Shown one piece after another: positions 8,286 through 16,030 of a DNA stretch of 64,000 nt. Each line of letters starts with the position of its first letter. Position 1 is the first letter of the stretch. The position numbers and the translations under genes are program-made. Origin of the DNA: Escherichia phage vB_vPM_PD06; the sequence record NC_052653.1; one strand, written 5' to 3'. Below the pieces are notes generated by a model. It was not told the origin of the DNA. It did no database searches and was given only the letters and a program-made list of their open reading frames with translations.

Positions 8286-8307
8286 GGCGGTGGGCTATTC
8301 CACCGCC
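8286..8307 (-). repeat. GC-rich intergenic hairpin (element family)
   Basis: GGCGGTGG-GCTATT-CCACCGCC; compensatory changes keep the stem. Confidence 0.5.
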
Positions 8308-8352
8308 TTAATGAATATAGTTTACTTTATTTTACCAGGTTTGCAAGTAGTT

Positions 8353-8568
8353 TTATGAAATAATTGTCAAAGTAAAATCATAATCTTTTGACAATTTATA
8401 TTGCACCTTGTTACCGTATATGTCACCTTTACGTAAAGATCCACGGATACCGATAACATCCTTCACGTCTTTTAAATTTTTCACGCCTGTAATGTCTTTG
8501 TTGAAATACTCGTCATCTGAAAATAAAACTTGACTTGCATTTTTTAACAGTGTGCGGATATTAGCCAT
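8353..8568 (-). CDS. Hypothetical protein (71 aa; start moved to internal ATG)
   Basis: Track ORF start overlaps the element; ATG at 8568 (MANIRTLLKN) has GAGAGAG RBS. Confidence 0.5.
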   Translation of the reverse strand: MANIRTLLKNASQVLFSDDEYFNKDITGVKNLKDVKDVIGIRGSLRKGDIYGNKVQYKLSKDYDFTLTIIS

Positions 8569-8588
8569 TTTGATAATCTCTCTCACTA

Positions 8589-8629
8589 GGGGCGGCACTA
8601 TTGCCGCCCTATGCATTACATTTTACTGA
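8589..8629 (-). repeat. Conserved box+hairpin intergenic element
   Basis: GGCGGCA-CTAT-TGCCGCC then CTATGCATTACATTTTACTGA. Confidence 0.6.
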
Positions 8630-8655
8630 TTTTAGTTATCTTGTCAATATTATTT

Positions 8656-8883
8656 TTAGTTTAATTGATCCAGGCACAACAAGCGATCAACATTTAGATC
8701 GGTTAGGCTAATCGTTGGCACCTGGTAGGATTCGATGTACTCAACGCTCGACCATTGCCCGAAATTAGCGACCGCCCAGCTATTCAAGGAAGAGTGAAGA
8801 TCATCGCCTTTCTTCTCGGTGATAACTGCTACTACCTGGGAGATTCCAACCGTACCGGATACGCGAACAATAACGATAGCCAT
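8656..8883 (-). CDS. Hypothetical protein (75 aa)
   Basis: Six-frame ORF. Confidence 0.6.
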   Translation of the reverse strand: MAIVIVRVSGTVGISQVVAVITEKKGDDLHSSLNSWAVANFGQWSSVEYIESYQVPTISLTDLNVDRLLCLDQLN

Positions 8884-8906
8884 AATGATAACCTTTCTTT
8901 GATTTG

Positions 8907-8947
8907 GCGGGAAACCATTTCCCGCCCTATGTGATAAACTATACCAG
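8907..8947 (-). repeat. Conserved box+hairpin intergenic element
   Basis: GGCGGGAAA-CCA-TTTCCCGCC then CTATGTGATAAACTATACCAG. Confidence 0.65.
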
Positions 8948-8974
8948 ATTAAAAAACGTTGTCAACTGTTTTTA

Positions 8975-9214
8975 TTACATTCCTACCATAGCGGCACGGA
9001 TTGCAGTTTTACTATACTTGAAACCATCAGGTGTATGAGTGATTCCGTCCTGTTTTAATCTGTAGCACATTAGATCCGCCGCTTTATCTTTATTGCCACA
9101 CTCATTTATTAAACCTACAGCGTATAAGTATAACGATTCATCGTTATTAATCCAAAGGCTTACATTCCAATGAGTTTTGTTTTTGTGACCGTTGTACATT
9201 TTAGATTTAGCCAT
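8975..9214 (-). CDS. Hypothetical protein (79 aa; start moved to internal ATG)
   Basis: ATG at 9214 (MAKSKMYNGHK); longer track ORF overlaps the element. Confidence 0.5.
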   Translation of the reverse strand: MAKSKMYNGHKNKTHWNVSLWINNDESLYLYAVGLINECGNKDKAADLMCYRLKQDGITHTPDGFKYSKTAIRAAMVGM

Positions 9215-9237
9215 GATGTTAATCTCTTTTTCAGTGA

Positions 9238-9278
9238 GGCGGGAACTATTCCCGCTCTCTATGTAATACATTTTACGC
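9238..9278 (-). repeat. Conserved box+hairpin intergenic element
   Basis: GCGGGA-ACTA-TTCCCGC then TCTCTATGTAATACATTTTACGC. Confidence 0.6.
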
Positions 9279-9303
9279 TTTTTATTCGTGCTGTCAATGC
9301 TTT

Positions 9304-9669
9304 TTATAAATCTTTTTTACGTTTAACATCGCTTGCATGACTGTATACAGCGATCCCATTATCACGGCAAAAACGGGAAAGATACGCGCCGCGTGAAAAC
9401 TCTTTACCTTCCATATTAACAACCTTGCTAAACTCTTCCAGGGCAACGGTATCAAAATGATCACCATAACCATATTGAAACGGAACGTTAACGACTTCAA
9501 TCAGTTTACCGCCGATCTCAACGTCAACCATCAAAGAGAAATAAGTATTACCATACGACTTTTGAAACCAGCGACGGGCGCTAATATGTACCGCTTCAAT
9601 GCTGGATAGCTCAATTTTAGCAGTGTTAGCCAGGGTAGCATAAGCAGAAACATTGATATTTTTAGCCAT
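9304..9669 (-). CDS. Hypothetical protein (121 aa)
   Basis: Six-frame ORF with consensus sigma70 promoter upstream. Confidence 0.65.
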   Translation of the reverse strand: MAKNINVSAYATLANTAKIELSSIEAVHISARRWFQKSYGNTYFSLMVDVEIGGKLIEVVNVPFQYGYGDHFDTVALEEFSKVVNMEGKEFSRGAYLSRFCRDNGIAVYSHASDVKRKKDL

Positions 9670-9706
9670 GATTTTATTCCTTAGTAACGCTTTAATTTAT
9701 ATAAGC

Positions 9707-9734
9707 ATTATAGCTTACTGATTTCAGGTGTCAA
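9707..9734 (-). promoter_or_regulatory. Consensus sigma70-type promoter (leftward)
   Basis: On - strand: TTGACA (9734-9729), 16-bp spacer, TATAAT (9712-9707). Confidence 0.6.
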
Positions 9735-9756
9735 GTGATTTTTTATTTCACTTTAT

Positions 9757-9792
9757 GGGGCGTTGCCCCGTTCTATGTGGTATATATTACGG
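9757..9792 (-). repeat. Conserved box+hairpin intergenic element
   Basis: GGGGC-GTT-GCCCC then GTTCTATGTGGTATATATTACGG; lies upstream of the sigma70 promoter, i.e. at the 3' side of the preceding gene. Confidence 0.55.
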
Positions 9793-9815
9793 TGCTTGTT
9801 TGCATATGTCAAGCC

Positions 9816-10370
9816 TTACACAATGCAATTTTCATAATTTTTTAAGGCTTGTCTTTTTTCCTCTTCCGTCGGCATGTATGGCTGGATCTCTTCCTCTTCC
9901 AGGGTAGGCATGATTTCTTCCTCTTCCTCCTGGTCGCCCTGGTCTTCCTCTTGCGCTATGGTAACAAGTTTATTGATCTTCTCCTGGGCTTTAATTAGTT
10001 TTGCATCTAGCACCATTTTAGCGGTGTTGTATACAGTCCATGCCATGCGCTTTTCTGCGTATGCCTTATCTAGTGCGGCTAATTTAGCGGGATACTCTTC
10101 CAACACCTTAAAAGCCGGATCAATGCTGTACAAGGGATTATTTTTAGCGTCATCGCTTGGATCTGCGGCGCTTGCAATGTCAGCGTTACCATTCGCCAGC
10201 CATCCAGGGCGAACGGATCTCGTCCTGGTGTTGCCGTTGCTCTTTGCCGCTCGATTTCCTATCTGCTCCCCGCTATACCCTACCATGTGATCGATCATGT
10301 CATCTGGTATTATGCGCGGATCATTTGCGTCATGCTTTACCCAGGACTGGATCACATATTCACGCCCCAT
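9816..10370 (-). CDS. Hypothetical acidic protein (184 aa)
   Basis: Six-frame ORF; Glu-rich C-terminal region. Confidence 0.65.
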   Translation of the reverse strand: MGREYVIQSWVKHDANDPRIIPDDMIDHMVGYSGEQIGNRAAKSNGNTRTRSVRPGWLANGNADIASAADPSDDAKNNPLYSIDPAFKVLEEYPAKLAALDKAYAEKRMAWTVYNTAKMVLDAKLIKAQEKINKLVTIAQEEDQGDQEEEEEIMPTLEEEEIQPYMPTEEEKRQALKNYENCIV

Positions 10371-10371
10371 G

Positions 10372-10632
10372 TTAGTTCGCCTCTTCTGTTAGTAGTTTAC
10401 ATACCTTAAACATGCTTGCCGCGTCTTTTGACGGTAGCCAGCCTATCCGATACACTCCAGGATCTGGATTAGTTACATCAGTCAGTTGCGCGTTACGATG
10501 ATTAAAAATAGTGTAACCGCCGCCAGCACGGGGATAAACATTATCTTTAAACCTGATAGCGTATCTCGCCAGGTCGAACGTTGTAGCATGTTCAAAAGCG
10601 ATCACATTATCAAAAACTTTTAGAAAAAACAA
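10372..10632 (-). CDS. Hypothetical protein (86 aa; TTG start)
   Basis: TTG start at 10632 preceded by GGGGAGGATAATC RBS. Confidence 0.55.
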   Translation of the reverse strand: MFFLKVFDNVIAFEHATTFDLARYAIRFKDNVYPRAGGGYTIFNHRNAQLTDVTNPDPGVYRIGWLPSKDAASMFKVCKLLTEEAN

Positions 10633-10668
10633 GATTATCCTCCCCAGCGTTTAAAGCCCGTTGCACGG

Positions 10669-10782
10669 TTATTTTTTAACTCTCGTTTTAGTCTCTTGCA
10701 ACGGTTTACAAGTGCAAACCGTGCCGGAGTCGTAACAGTAGCGCCGTTTTTGGTGTGGATACTCATTACATATTGTTTCATA
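10669..10782 (-). CDS. Small basic peptide (37 aa; not in ORF track; weak)
   Basis: ATG at 10782; MKQYVMSIHTKNGATVTTPARFALVNRCKRLKREVKK; weak RBS. Confidence 0.2.
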   Translation of the reverse strand, partial: YETICNEYPHQKRRYCYDSGTVCTCKPLQETKTRVKK

Positions 10783-10790
10783 AAGTTTTA

Positions 10791-10835
10791 CCCTATGTAA
10801 GCGGGAACAATTCCCGCTTTAAGATAGCTTATCAG
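10791..10835 (-). repeat. Variant box+hairpin element (hairpin splits the box)
   Basis: CCCTATGTAA + GCGGGAACAATTCCCGC + TTTAAGATAGCTTATCAG. Confidence 0.45.
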
Positions 10836-10859
10836 GTTTTAGTGCAATGTCAACCGTTT

Positions 10860-11222
10860 TTATTCGTAAATTTTACCGCTTTCTACCCATACCATAACAC
10901 GGCGCATGTTATCCCATGCATCTTGTCGCAGATTTAAGGCATGCAATTCTTCCGTGGTGCTCATACCTGGAACGGGCTTGCTATATGTTACAAAGAGATC
11001 GCCAGCATATTCATAAGCCAGGGTAAGATCACATTGAATCATCTTTTTAATCATAGCATCAAGCATCATATTAGCGGCATGTTGATCACGTTTCAGCGGT
11101 AACGTTGCGATCTGTGTGCGATAGCTTTCGATCCGTGCATCCACTGCATCACGCGAAAGGTTTTTCACGTCATCGCGGAAAGATACCAGATTAAACATGA
11201 TAGTATTGATTTGCTTGCTCAT
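10860..11222 (-). CDS. Hypothetical protein (120 aa; start moved to internal ATG)
   Basis: ATG at 11222 (MSKQINTIMFN) with AAGGG RBS; longer track ORF overlaps the element. Confidence 0.55.
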   Translation of the reverse strand: MSKQINTIMFNLVSFRDDVKNLSRDAVDARIESYRTQIATLPLKRDQHAANMMLDAMIKKMIQCDLTLAYEYAGDLFVTYSKPVPGMSTTEELHALNLRQDAWDNMRRVMVWVESGKIYE

Positions 11223-11244
11223 TGCATTACCCTTTTTTTGTTTT

Positions 11245-11287
11245 GGCGGGGAAGTATTCCGCCGCCCTATGTGATACATCTTATCAG
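11245..11287 (-). repeat. Conserved box+hairpin intergenic element
   Basis: GGCGGGG...CCGCC hairpin then CTATGTGATACATCTTATCAG. Confidence 0.6.
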
Positions 11288-11325
11288 TTTAAAAAACGTT
11301 GTCAAGAATATTTTTAAAAATAATT

Positions 11326-11607
11326 TTAGCTGTATGATCCGCACCGCTCGCAATAGTGATCATCGTCGTCATCTGCCACCTGGCTGATAAAATGATCTAC
11401 CTTTGTTTTTAGGTTATTGTAATTGTTTTCTACTTCCTTTAGTCGTTCCTGGTAGTATTCCAGGGCTTCAATATACGCCGCCTCTTCTGTTTTTTCACGC
11501 ATAGCTAAATTCATGCCGCGCGTATCATCATACAGCCAAAAGCCATCGGTGCACTCACTCATTGAAAGAGTAGGGCTTAACTCTTTATGACTAATTACCT
11601 TGCTCAT
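11326..11607 (-). CDS. Hypothetical protein (93 aa)
   Basis: Six-frame ORF; C-terminal CERCGSYS. Confidence 0.6.
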   Translation of the reverse strand: MSKVISHKELSPTLSMSECTDGFWLYDDTRGMNLAMREKTEEAAYIEALEYYQERLKEVENNYNNLKTKVDHFISQVADDDDDHYCERCGSYS

Positions 11608-11617
11608 AGTGTGCGCC

Positions 11618-11722
11618 TTATAGAATGATTGAAATAATAACTGACACTACAATCCAAAAGGGAACGGCAAGAATGATAGCGTTAATCGTTCCAACCGTCA
11701 AGCTATTCTCTTTCTTGATCAT
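11618..11722 (-). CDS. Small hydrophobic leader peptide (34 aa; not in ORF track)
   Basis: MIKKENSLTVGTINAIILAVPFWIVVSVIISIIL; first ORF downstream of the leftward sigma70 promoter. Confidence 0.3.
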   Translation of the reverse strand: MIKKENSLTVGTINAIILAVPFWIVVSVIISIIL

Positions 11723-11850
11723 CGTTATCAACCTTTTATAAGTAATGTTATTGTGACGGTGGATTGTGGAGATCCTCACCTTTGCCCGTCTTGCATTGCA
11801 CCCGCCTATTGTTTATTGTCGTTGTGCCTTGCCCCCCCTCGACAAGATGA

Positions 11851-11879
11851 ATACTACGCTACCAGGTGAGGAACGTCAA
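11851..11879 (-). promoter_or_regulatory. Sigma70-type promoter driving the leftward array
   Basis: On - strand: TTGACG (11879-11874), 17-bp spacer, TAGTAT (11856-11851). Confidence 0.5.
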
Positions 11880-11989
11880 CCATTTTTTTAATCTTTTTTC
11901 ATTTCTTTTTTGCTTGCTATATATGAAGGAAACGGCTATCATCTTTCTACCGCGCCAACCAGGGCGCACAACAAAGAAAGGGCGATACC

Positions 11990-12256
11990 ATGACAAATAC
12001 TCCTTTACATCTCATGTACTCACTGGGCTGGCAAGGCGGCACGGTGCACCAGGTAGCAAGCGCAACGGGCTTAAAGGTTGAAACCGTTCTCAACCTGGGC
12101 GATCATAAGGTGGAAGAGATAGATCATTTTGATACGTTCGCAAATGGTTATCTATGGGCTTGCAGTGGCGGCGGGGAAAGCAAGATCCCACCAGGGGCGC
12201 GGGGCGACATGTATTTTTGGTTAGGTGTCCTATCCTGGCAAGAAAACAAAAAATAA
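11990..12256 (+). CDS. Possible small protein (88 aa), uncertain
   Basis: Six-frame ORF in the divergent control region; weak RBS; overlapping alternative frames. Confidence 0.2.
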   Translation: MTNTPLHLMYSLGWQGGTVHQVASATGLKVETVLNLGDHKVEEIDHFDTFANGYLWACSGGGESKIPPGARGDMYFWLGVLSWQENKK

Positions 12257-12258
12257 TC

Positions 12259-12287
12259 TTGACAAGCCCAGGGATCGGGCTTATACT
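12259..12287 (+). promoter_or_regulatory. Consensus sigma70-type promoter (rightward) with no obvious ORF downstream
   Basis: TTGACA (12259-12264), 17-bp spacer AGCCCAGGGATCGGGCT, TATACT (12282-12287). Confidence 0.55.
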
Positions 12288-12520
12288 GTTTTACATACAG
12301 AAGAGGAAACGCCACCCCCACGGCGTAAAGGCGGGGCTAACATACCAGGGGGGGCACTGGTTGGAAGGTTGATCGCCGGTAGCTCGTCTAAAATAAATTT
12401 GTAAAGAAATGTAAAGATAAAAATAATCGCTTGCTTTTGTTGTTGGTTATGCTATTCTTATTGTATGGCGAGGGGACACGGGAGCGCGAGACAAACACCG
12501 CCCCTGCGCGTTATTCTGTA

Positions 12521-12631
12521 AATGAGAAAAATTCTCATTTGCTAATGATTCTCATTCTCTTAGTGAGAATGCTTATCATTTACATAATTAAATGATAATG
12601 ATTCTCATTTACAAATGAGAATGATTATCAT
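12521..12631. repeat. Cluster of three palindromes sharing a GAGAAT/ATTCTC core
   Basis: AATGAGAA-aaa-TTCTCATT (12521-12539); CATTCTC-ttagt-GAGAATG (12553-12571); ATGATAATGATTCTCAT...ATGAGAATGATTATCAT (12592-12631). Confidence 0.6.
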
Positions 12632-12655
12632 ACGCATACCCATAAAAACACGAAA

Positions 12656-12857
12656 TTGAACTTTTCATTTTTGATTTTTCTACGGAAAAAGGCAAAAAAA
12701 CTTTAAATAAACTGGGGAATTTTTAAAAAATTGAAGTTTTCATTTTCAAAATCTGGATAGAAATACGTACAAAAACTTTAAATAATTTTGACCAAACTTG
12801 AACTTTTCATTTTCAAAATTTGTACCCAAAAATCTGTAAAAACTTTAAATAATTTTG
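12656..12857. repeat. Three tandem ~67-75 bp direct repeats
   Basis: Units start at 12656, 12731, 12798; each TTGAAC/G-TTTTCATTTTCAAAAT...AAAAACTTTAAATAATTTTG. Confidence 0.6.
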
Positions 12858-13071
12858 TACTTTTTATAAAAATGATTTTACTGTTCTGTTATAAGTAGTA
12901 GTTAAGAGATAGTATGTCTTTTAAAGATCAGATACCATAGTCCAACAAACAAATTAAATACTTTATTAACAGGGTGTAGAATACTACTTACTCTGGATAT
13001 ACTGTGCAGAGGGTGAATTTCCGTACATGAAACCCACACCCCTTTTTATAAAAATAAAAATTTTCAAAATA

Positions 13072-13623
13072 TCAGGAAATATCAGATTGTGCTTTTAGAT
13101 AAACAGCAAGGTCTGTATGCCATTTTCCTAAAAGATTTTGTCCTTTCCAACAATCCTTATTTTCCACGTCCCGATCCCACATCCCCATTTTGATACCATA
13201 AATAGAATCATAAGGGCTTGCCTCTACGAACTCCTTATCTGCGTAAGCGATAAGTTTATTTTTGAGATCTTCATTTTGTGTGTATTTAAGATACAAACCA
13301 CGCTTGACAATCTTCTCCCGTAAAGAAGTCCAAGTAGCTTCATCGTAATCTTTAACTAATCTGCCTAGTCGTTTATAATATGCTTGTTCTTTTTCTCCTG
13401 TATATCTTAGATCTCCGGTTAAAATAGAAGATGCAATACTGTAATCATAAAACAAACATGCTTTTCTCCACATCATATATTGTTCCACACAAGTAAATTC
13501 AACAGAACTTGTAATAGAATTATTATACTTGGGAGCTAAAGGTTCAATAAAAGATGATAGATACCAGTTGCTAAATTCATCTTTTGCCGAGAAGAAGAAC
13601 ACATACTTATCAGTAATCCGCAT
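13072..13623 (-). CDS. NADAR (YbiA/DUF1768-like) domain protein
   Basis: FFFSAKDEFSNWYLSSF...EQYMMWRKA and GLYLKYTQNEDLKNKLIAYADKEFVEASPYDSIYGIKMG align with E. coli YbiA as recalled. Confidence 0.7.
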   Translation of the reverse strand: MRITDKYVFFFSAKDEFSNWYLSSFIEPLAPKYNNSITSSVEFTCVEQYMMWRKACLFYDYSIASSILTGDLRYTGEKEQAYYKRLGRLVKDYDEATWTSLREKIVKRGLYLKYTQNEDLKNKLIAYADKEFVEASPYDSIYGIKMGMWDRDVENKDCWKGQNLLGKWHTDLAVYLKAQSDIS

Positions 13624-14817
13624 TTACATCTCCTTATTATATACTAATTTGCCACCATGTTGTGTAATAATTTCTTGAAGATTTTCCAAATCAGAAACAC
13701 TTACTGTTTCTGTATAACCGTCTTTCAACTCTCTTTCCGTTAAAATACCAGTTTTTAATTTTTTCTTTATAGCTCTTTCAGCAGCCTTACATTGTTTCAC
13801 TGTGCTAAAATCATATAAACAAATACGCTCCATAAAAAACATATTACAACTATTTTGACTATTTAATCGCCTATCACTATCTTTAGCTATACCAAACTTA
13901 AGAGCCACTATAATATCATTATCTTTAACAATATTAATATATAATTGCTGTTGATTATGACCAGCACACTGTGGACAACCTTGACCGAGGCTTAATAAGT
14001 TATTAGCCCTCCCTGTCTGTTCCCCATGCACAAGACAAAGATATTTAAACTTACCGTGACTTCTAGACGGTTTACCGATCCAACCTACCCAGACATACCC
14101 TTGCCCTTCTACTTCCTTTTTTACCCTATAGGTGATCTGGTCTTCTGTATACCGATAGTTCCCACAACGACACGGAATGCACCCTCGTTTAAGGTTATTT
14201 CCTTCAGAGTAAAATTTACCATCACAAACACCTGCTTGAACATATTCATCATGAGAGCAAACAGGACATTCAACCATCCAGATACTATGCCTGCATCCTT
14301 TACTCCGTGTTCCTGTGTTAGTGAAGATAGTGCCTTCCTTAAATTTCCCTGTAGAAAAGAAATCTGCAATATGTTGATCGTCGGACATTGTTAGTGCCTT
14401 CCTTGTATTCTCCCCCCTACATTGTGGACAACCTCGACCGCCTTTAAATTGATGAATTGCTGTACTTTGCCATCTATTCCCACAATGGCACAACAAATCA
14501 AGTTTTGTTTTATTCCCTTTCCATTCTCCAACGTACCCTAACACCTGATACCCCTTCTTCTGTGCTATCTCTTCCAAGATCGGCAATTCTGTTTCCCATG
14601 TTAACGGCTTCTTACCAGAACAGATAGGACAACTGTTACCGTGCTTGAAATTACTAATACTACAAGTCTTCCATTCATGTTCCTGCCTACAGCGTAGAAT
14701 CATTTTCGTATCACAACCTATAAACGGTTCAACATATCCTAGGATCTCAATCCCTTTATTATTCGCAATAGGTTGACACTCTTCTTTATATTGTTCCCAT
14801 GATTTTGGTGCTGCCAT
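13624..14817 (-). CDS. Multi-zinc-ribbon protein with C-terminal T5orf172-like domain
   Basis: Five CPxC knuckles (SCPICSG, GCPQCRG, ECPVCSH, GCIPCRCG, GCPQCAGH); C-terminal ALKFGIAKDSDRRL resembles T5orf172/GIY-YIG-like. Confidence 0.5.
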   Translation of the reverse strand: MAAPKSWEQYKEECQPIANNKGIEILGYVEPFIGCDTKMILRCRQEHEWKTCSISNFKHGNSCPICSGKKPLTWETELPILEEIAQKKGYQVLGYVGEWKGNKTKLDLLCHCGNRWQSTAIHQFKGGRGCPQCRGENTRKALTMSDDQHIADFFSTGKFKEGTIFTNTGTRSKGCRHSIWMVECPVCSHDEYVQAGVCDGKFYSEGNNLKRGCIPCRCGNYRYTEDQITYRVKKEVEGQGYVWVGWIGKPSRSHGKFKYLCLVHGEQTGRANNLLSLGQGCPQCAGHNQQQLYINIVKDNDIIVALKFGIAKDSDRRLNSQNSCNMFFMERICLYDFSTVKQCKAAERAIKKKLKTGILTERELKDGYTETVSVSDLENLQEIITQHGGKLVYNKEM

Positions 14818-14891
14818 CTACTACTCCTCTTATTAAATCTGGCATTAATGCAAGAAAACCCGCCGAAGCGGGTTTTTATTTGCTGGCTTAC

Positions 14892-16019
14892 TTAAAACAC
14901 ACTTGCCAAAGTTGCACCATTGGTGATAGTTGGTTCCAGAACAATACGGAAAGAATCTTCTGGATTATCACTAAACACAACGATTTTACCGCCTGTAATA
15001 AGATCTGCTTTCATTTTTGTCGCATTCAATGGAATTCGAGCATCTCCTTCATCATCAAAAACCACGTAAGAGCTATTAGCAAGGGCTTCTTTAGAGTCTG
15101 CATCACTTGGAGATGACAAGTACACGTCTAGTGTGCACGAACCACCTAAAAAGATTGCAGGTGTGAAGTTATGCCAACTAGATACCCAGCTAACTTTCTG
15201 AAGTTTCCCATTAATAACAACGCTGCTGATATCCCATTTGTTACCACCACCCAAAGAAACGCCCATCATAGAGATGCATTCTTTAAAGGACAAATCAGGG
15301 TAGAAATTAAGTTCTTCTACTATACCTTGGATCACATCAAAGGACAACTCTAAACTTACATCCCAAAGCCTTTGGAAATTATCAAAGTGTGCTTTGTTAT
15401 CCAGGTTTTTATCTAAATAGTCAATCATAGTTTCTAGTGAGATTTTATCATAATTAAAATTATAAAACACACGACTAGGACGATTTAAAAAGAATTCAGA
15501 GATAAAACCACTGTTTTTAGTCAGAATAAACAGTTTATTACCACTGCCAGTACCATCTAACAAAGTGAGAAGTGCTTCTTGATCTTGTTTCTTCTCATAT
15601 ACTTTATCAAACTCGTCAAAAATAATCACTGCTTTGTCGGTGATCTTGCTAATAAGTTCAATGAAATTAGCATCACTGTAGGCTTGAGTAACCATAATAG
15701 TTGGAATACCTTCTTCTACAAGGTCACGACTAATGAGCTTGGCTAACATAGTTTTACCACTGCCCTTAGTTCCTGTCAGAAGCAAACCTGTATTTTTACC
15801 TTGTGCACTCCGGCGATGGAATGTACGGATAACGTGATTTGCTCGTTTTTCTGTTTCACCATACAGAACATCCGGTACACCTGTTAGATTACCACGGCTT
15901 AAAAAATAATTGCCAAGGGGATCACGACTAACAGTATAGAATCCAGGTGGAAGATAATTAGATTCCACACCCATATCTTTATTTACACTTACAATATCAC
16001 CATAAATCGTGTATTTCAT
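14892..16019 (-). CDS. AAA-type ATPase, paralog A
   Basis: Walker A GTKGSGKT, Walker B IIFDEFDK, LLTLLDG; paralog of 31305-32465. Confidence 0.7.
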   Translation of the reverse strand: MKYTIYGDIVSVNKDMGVESNYLPPGFYTVSRDPLGNYFLSRGNLTGVPDVLYGETEKRANHVIRTFHRRSAQGKNTGLLLTGTKGSGKTMLAKLISRDLVEEGIPTIMVTQAYSDANFIELISKITDKAVIIFDEFDKVYEKKQDQEALLTLLDGTGSGNKLFILTKNSGFISEFFLNRPSRVFYNFNYDKISLETMIDYLDKNLDNKAHFDNFQRLWDVSLELSFDVIQGIVEELNFYPDLSFKECISMMGVSLGGGNKWDISSVVINGKLQKVSWVSSWHNFTPAIFLGGSCTLDVYLSSPSDADSKEALANSSYVVFDDEGDARIPLNATKMKADLITGGKIVVFSDNPEDSFRIVLEPTITNGATLASVF

Positions 16020-16030
16020 TTTAACCCCTT

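Noticed and set aside
9874-10290. Ser-rich 138-aa ORF on + strand, and similar antisense track ORFs (14026-14394, 16340-16768, 16750-17151, 23878-24228, 27346-27573, 31400-31736, 35960-36319, 40312-40884, 41027-41785, 59110-59388, 61150-61473)
   Set aside because: Each lies wholly inside a longer, motif-supported gene on the opposite strand, lacks an RBS and has skewed composition; treated as shadow ORFs.
2228-11287. Box+hairpin repeats as a CRISPR array
   Set aside because: Repeats are imperfect, spaced by whole genes (200-550 bp) rather than 25-40 bp spacers, and no cas genes are present.
2228-11287. Box+hairpin repeats as rho-independent terminators
   Set aside because: No U-tract follows the hairpin on either strand; true terminators in the window have clear T-runs.
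12290-12400. tRNA gene downstream of the 12259 promoter
   Set aside because: No cloverleaf with T-loop GTTCRANYC or an acceptor stem could be drawn by eye; same for the 19740-19890 gap.
12656-12857. Three direct repeats as tandem sigma70 promoters
   Set aside because: Each has a TTGAAC/G -35-like hexamer but no acceptable -10 at 16-18 bp spacing; iteron or operator role considered more likely.
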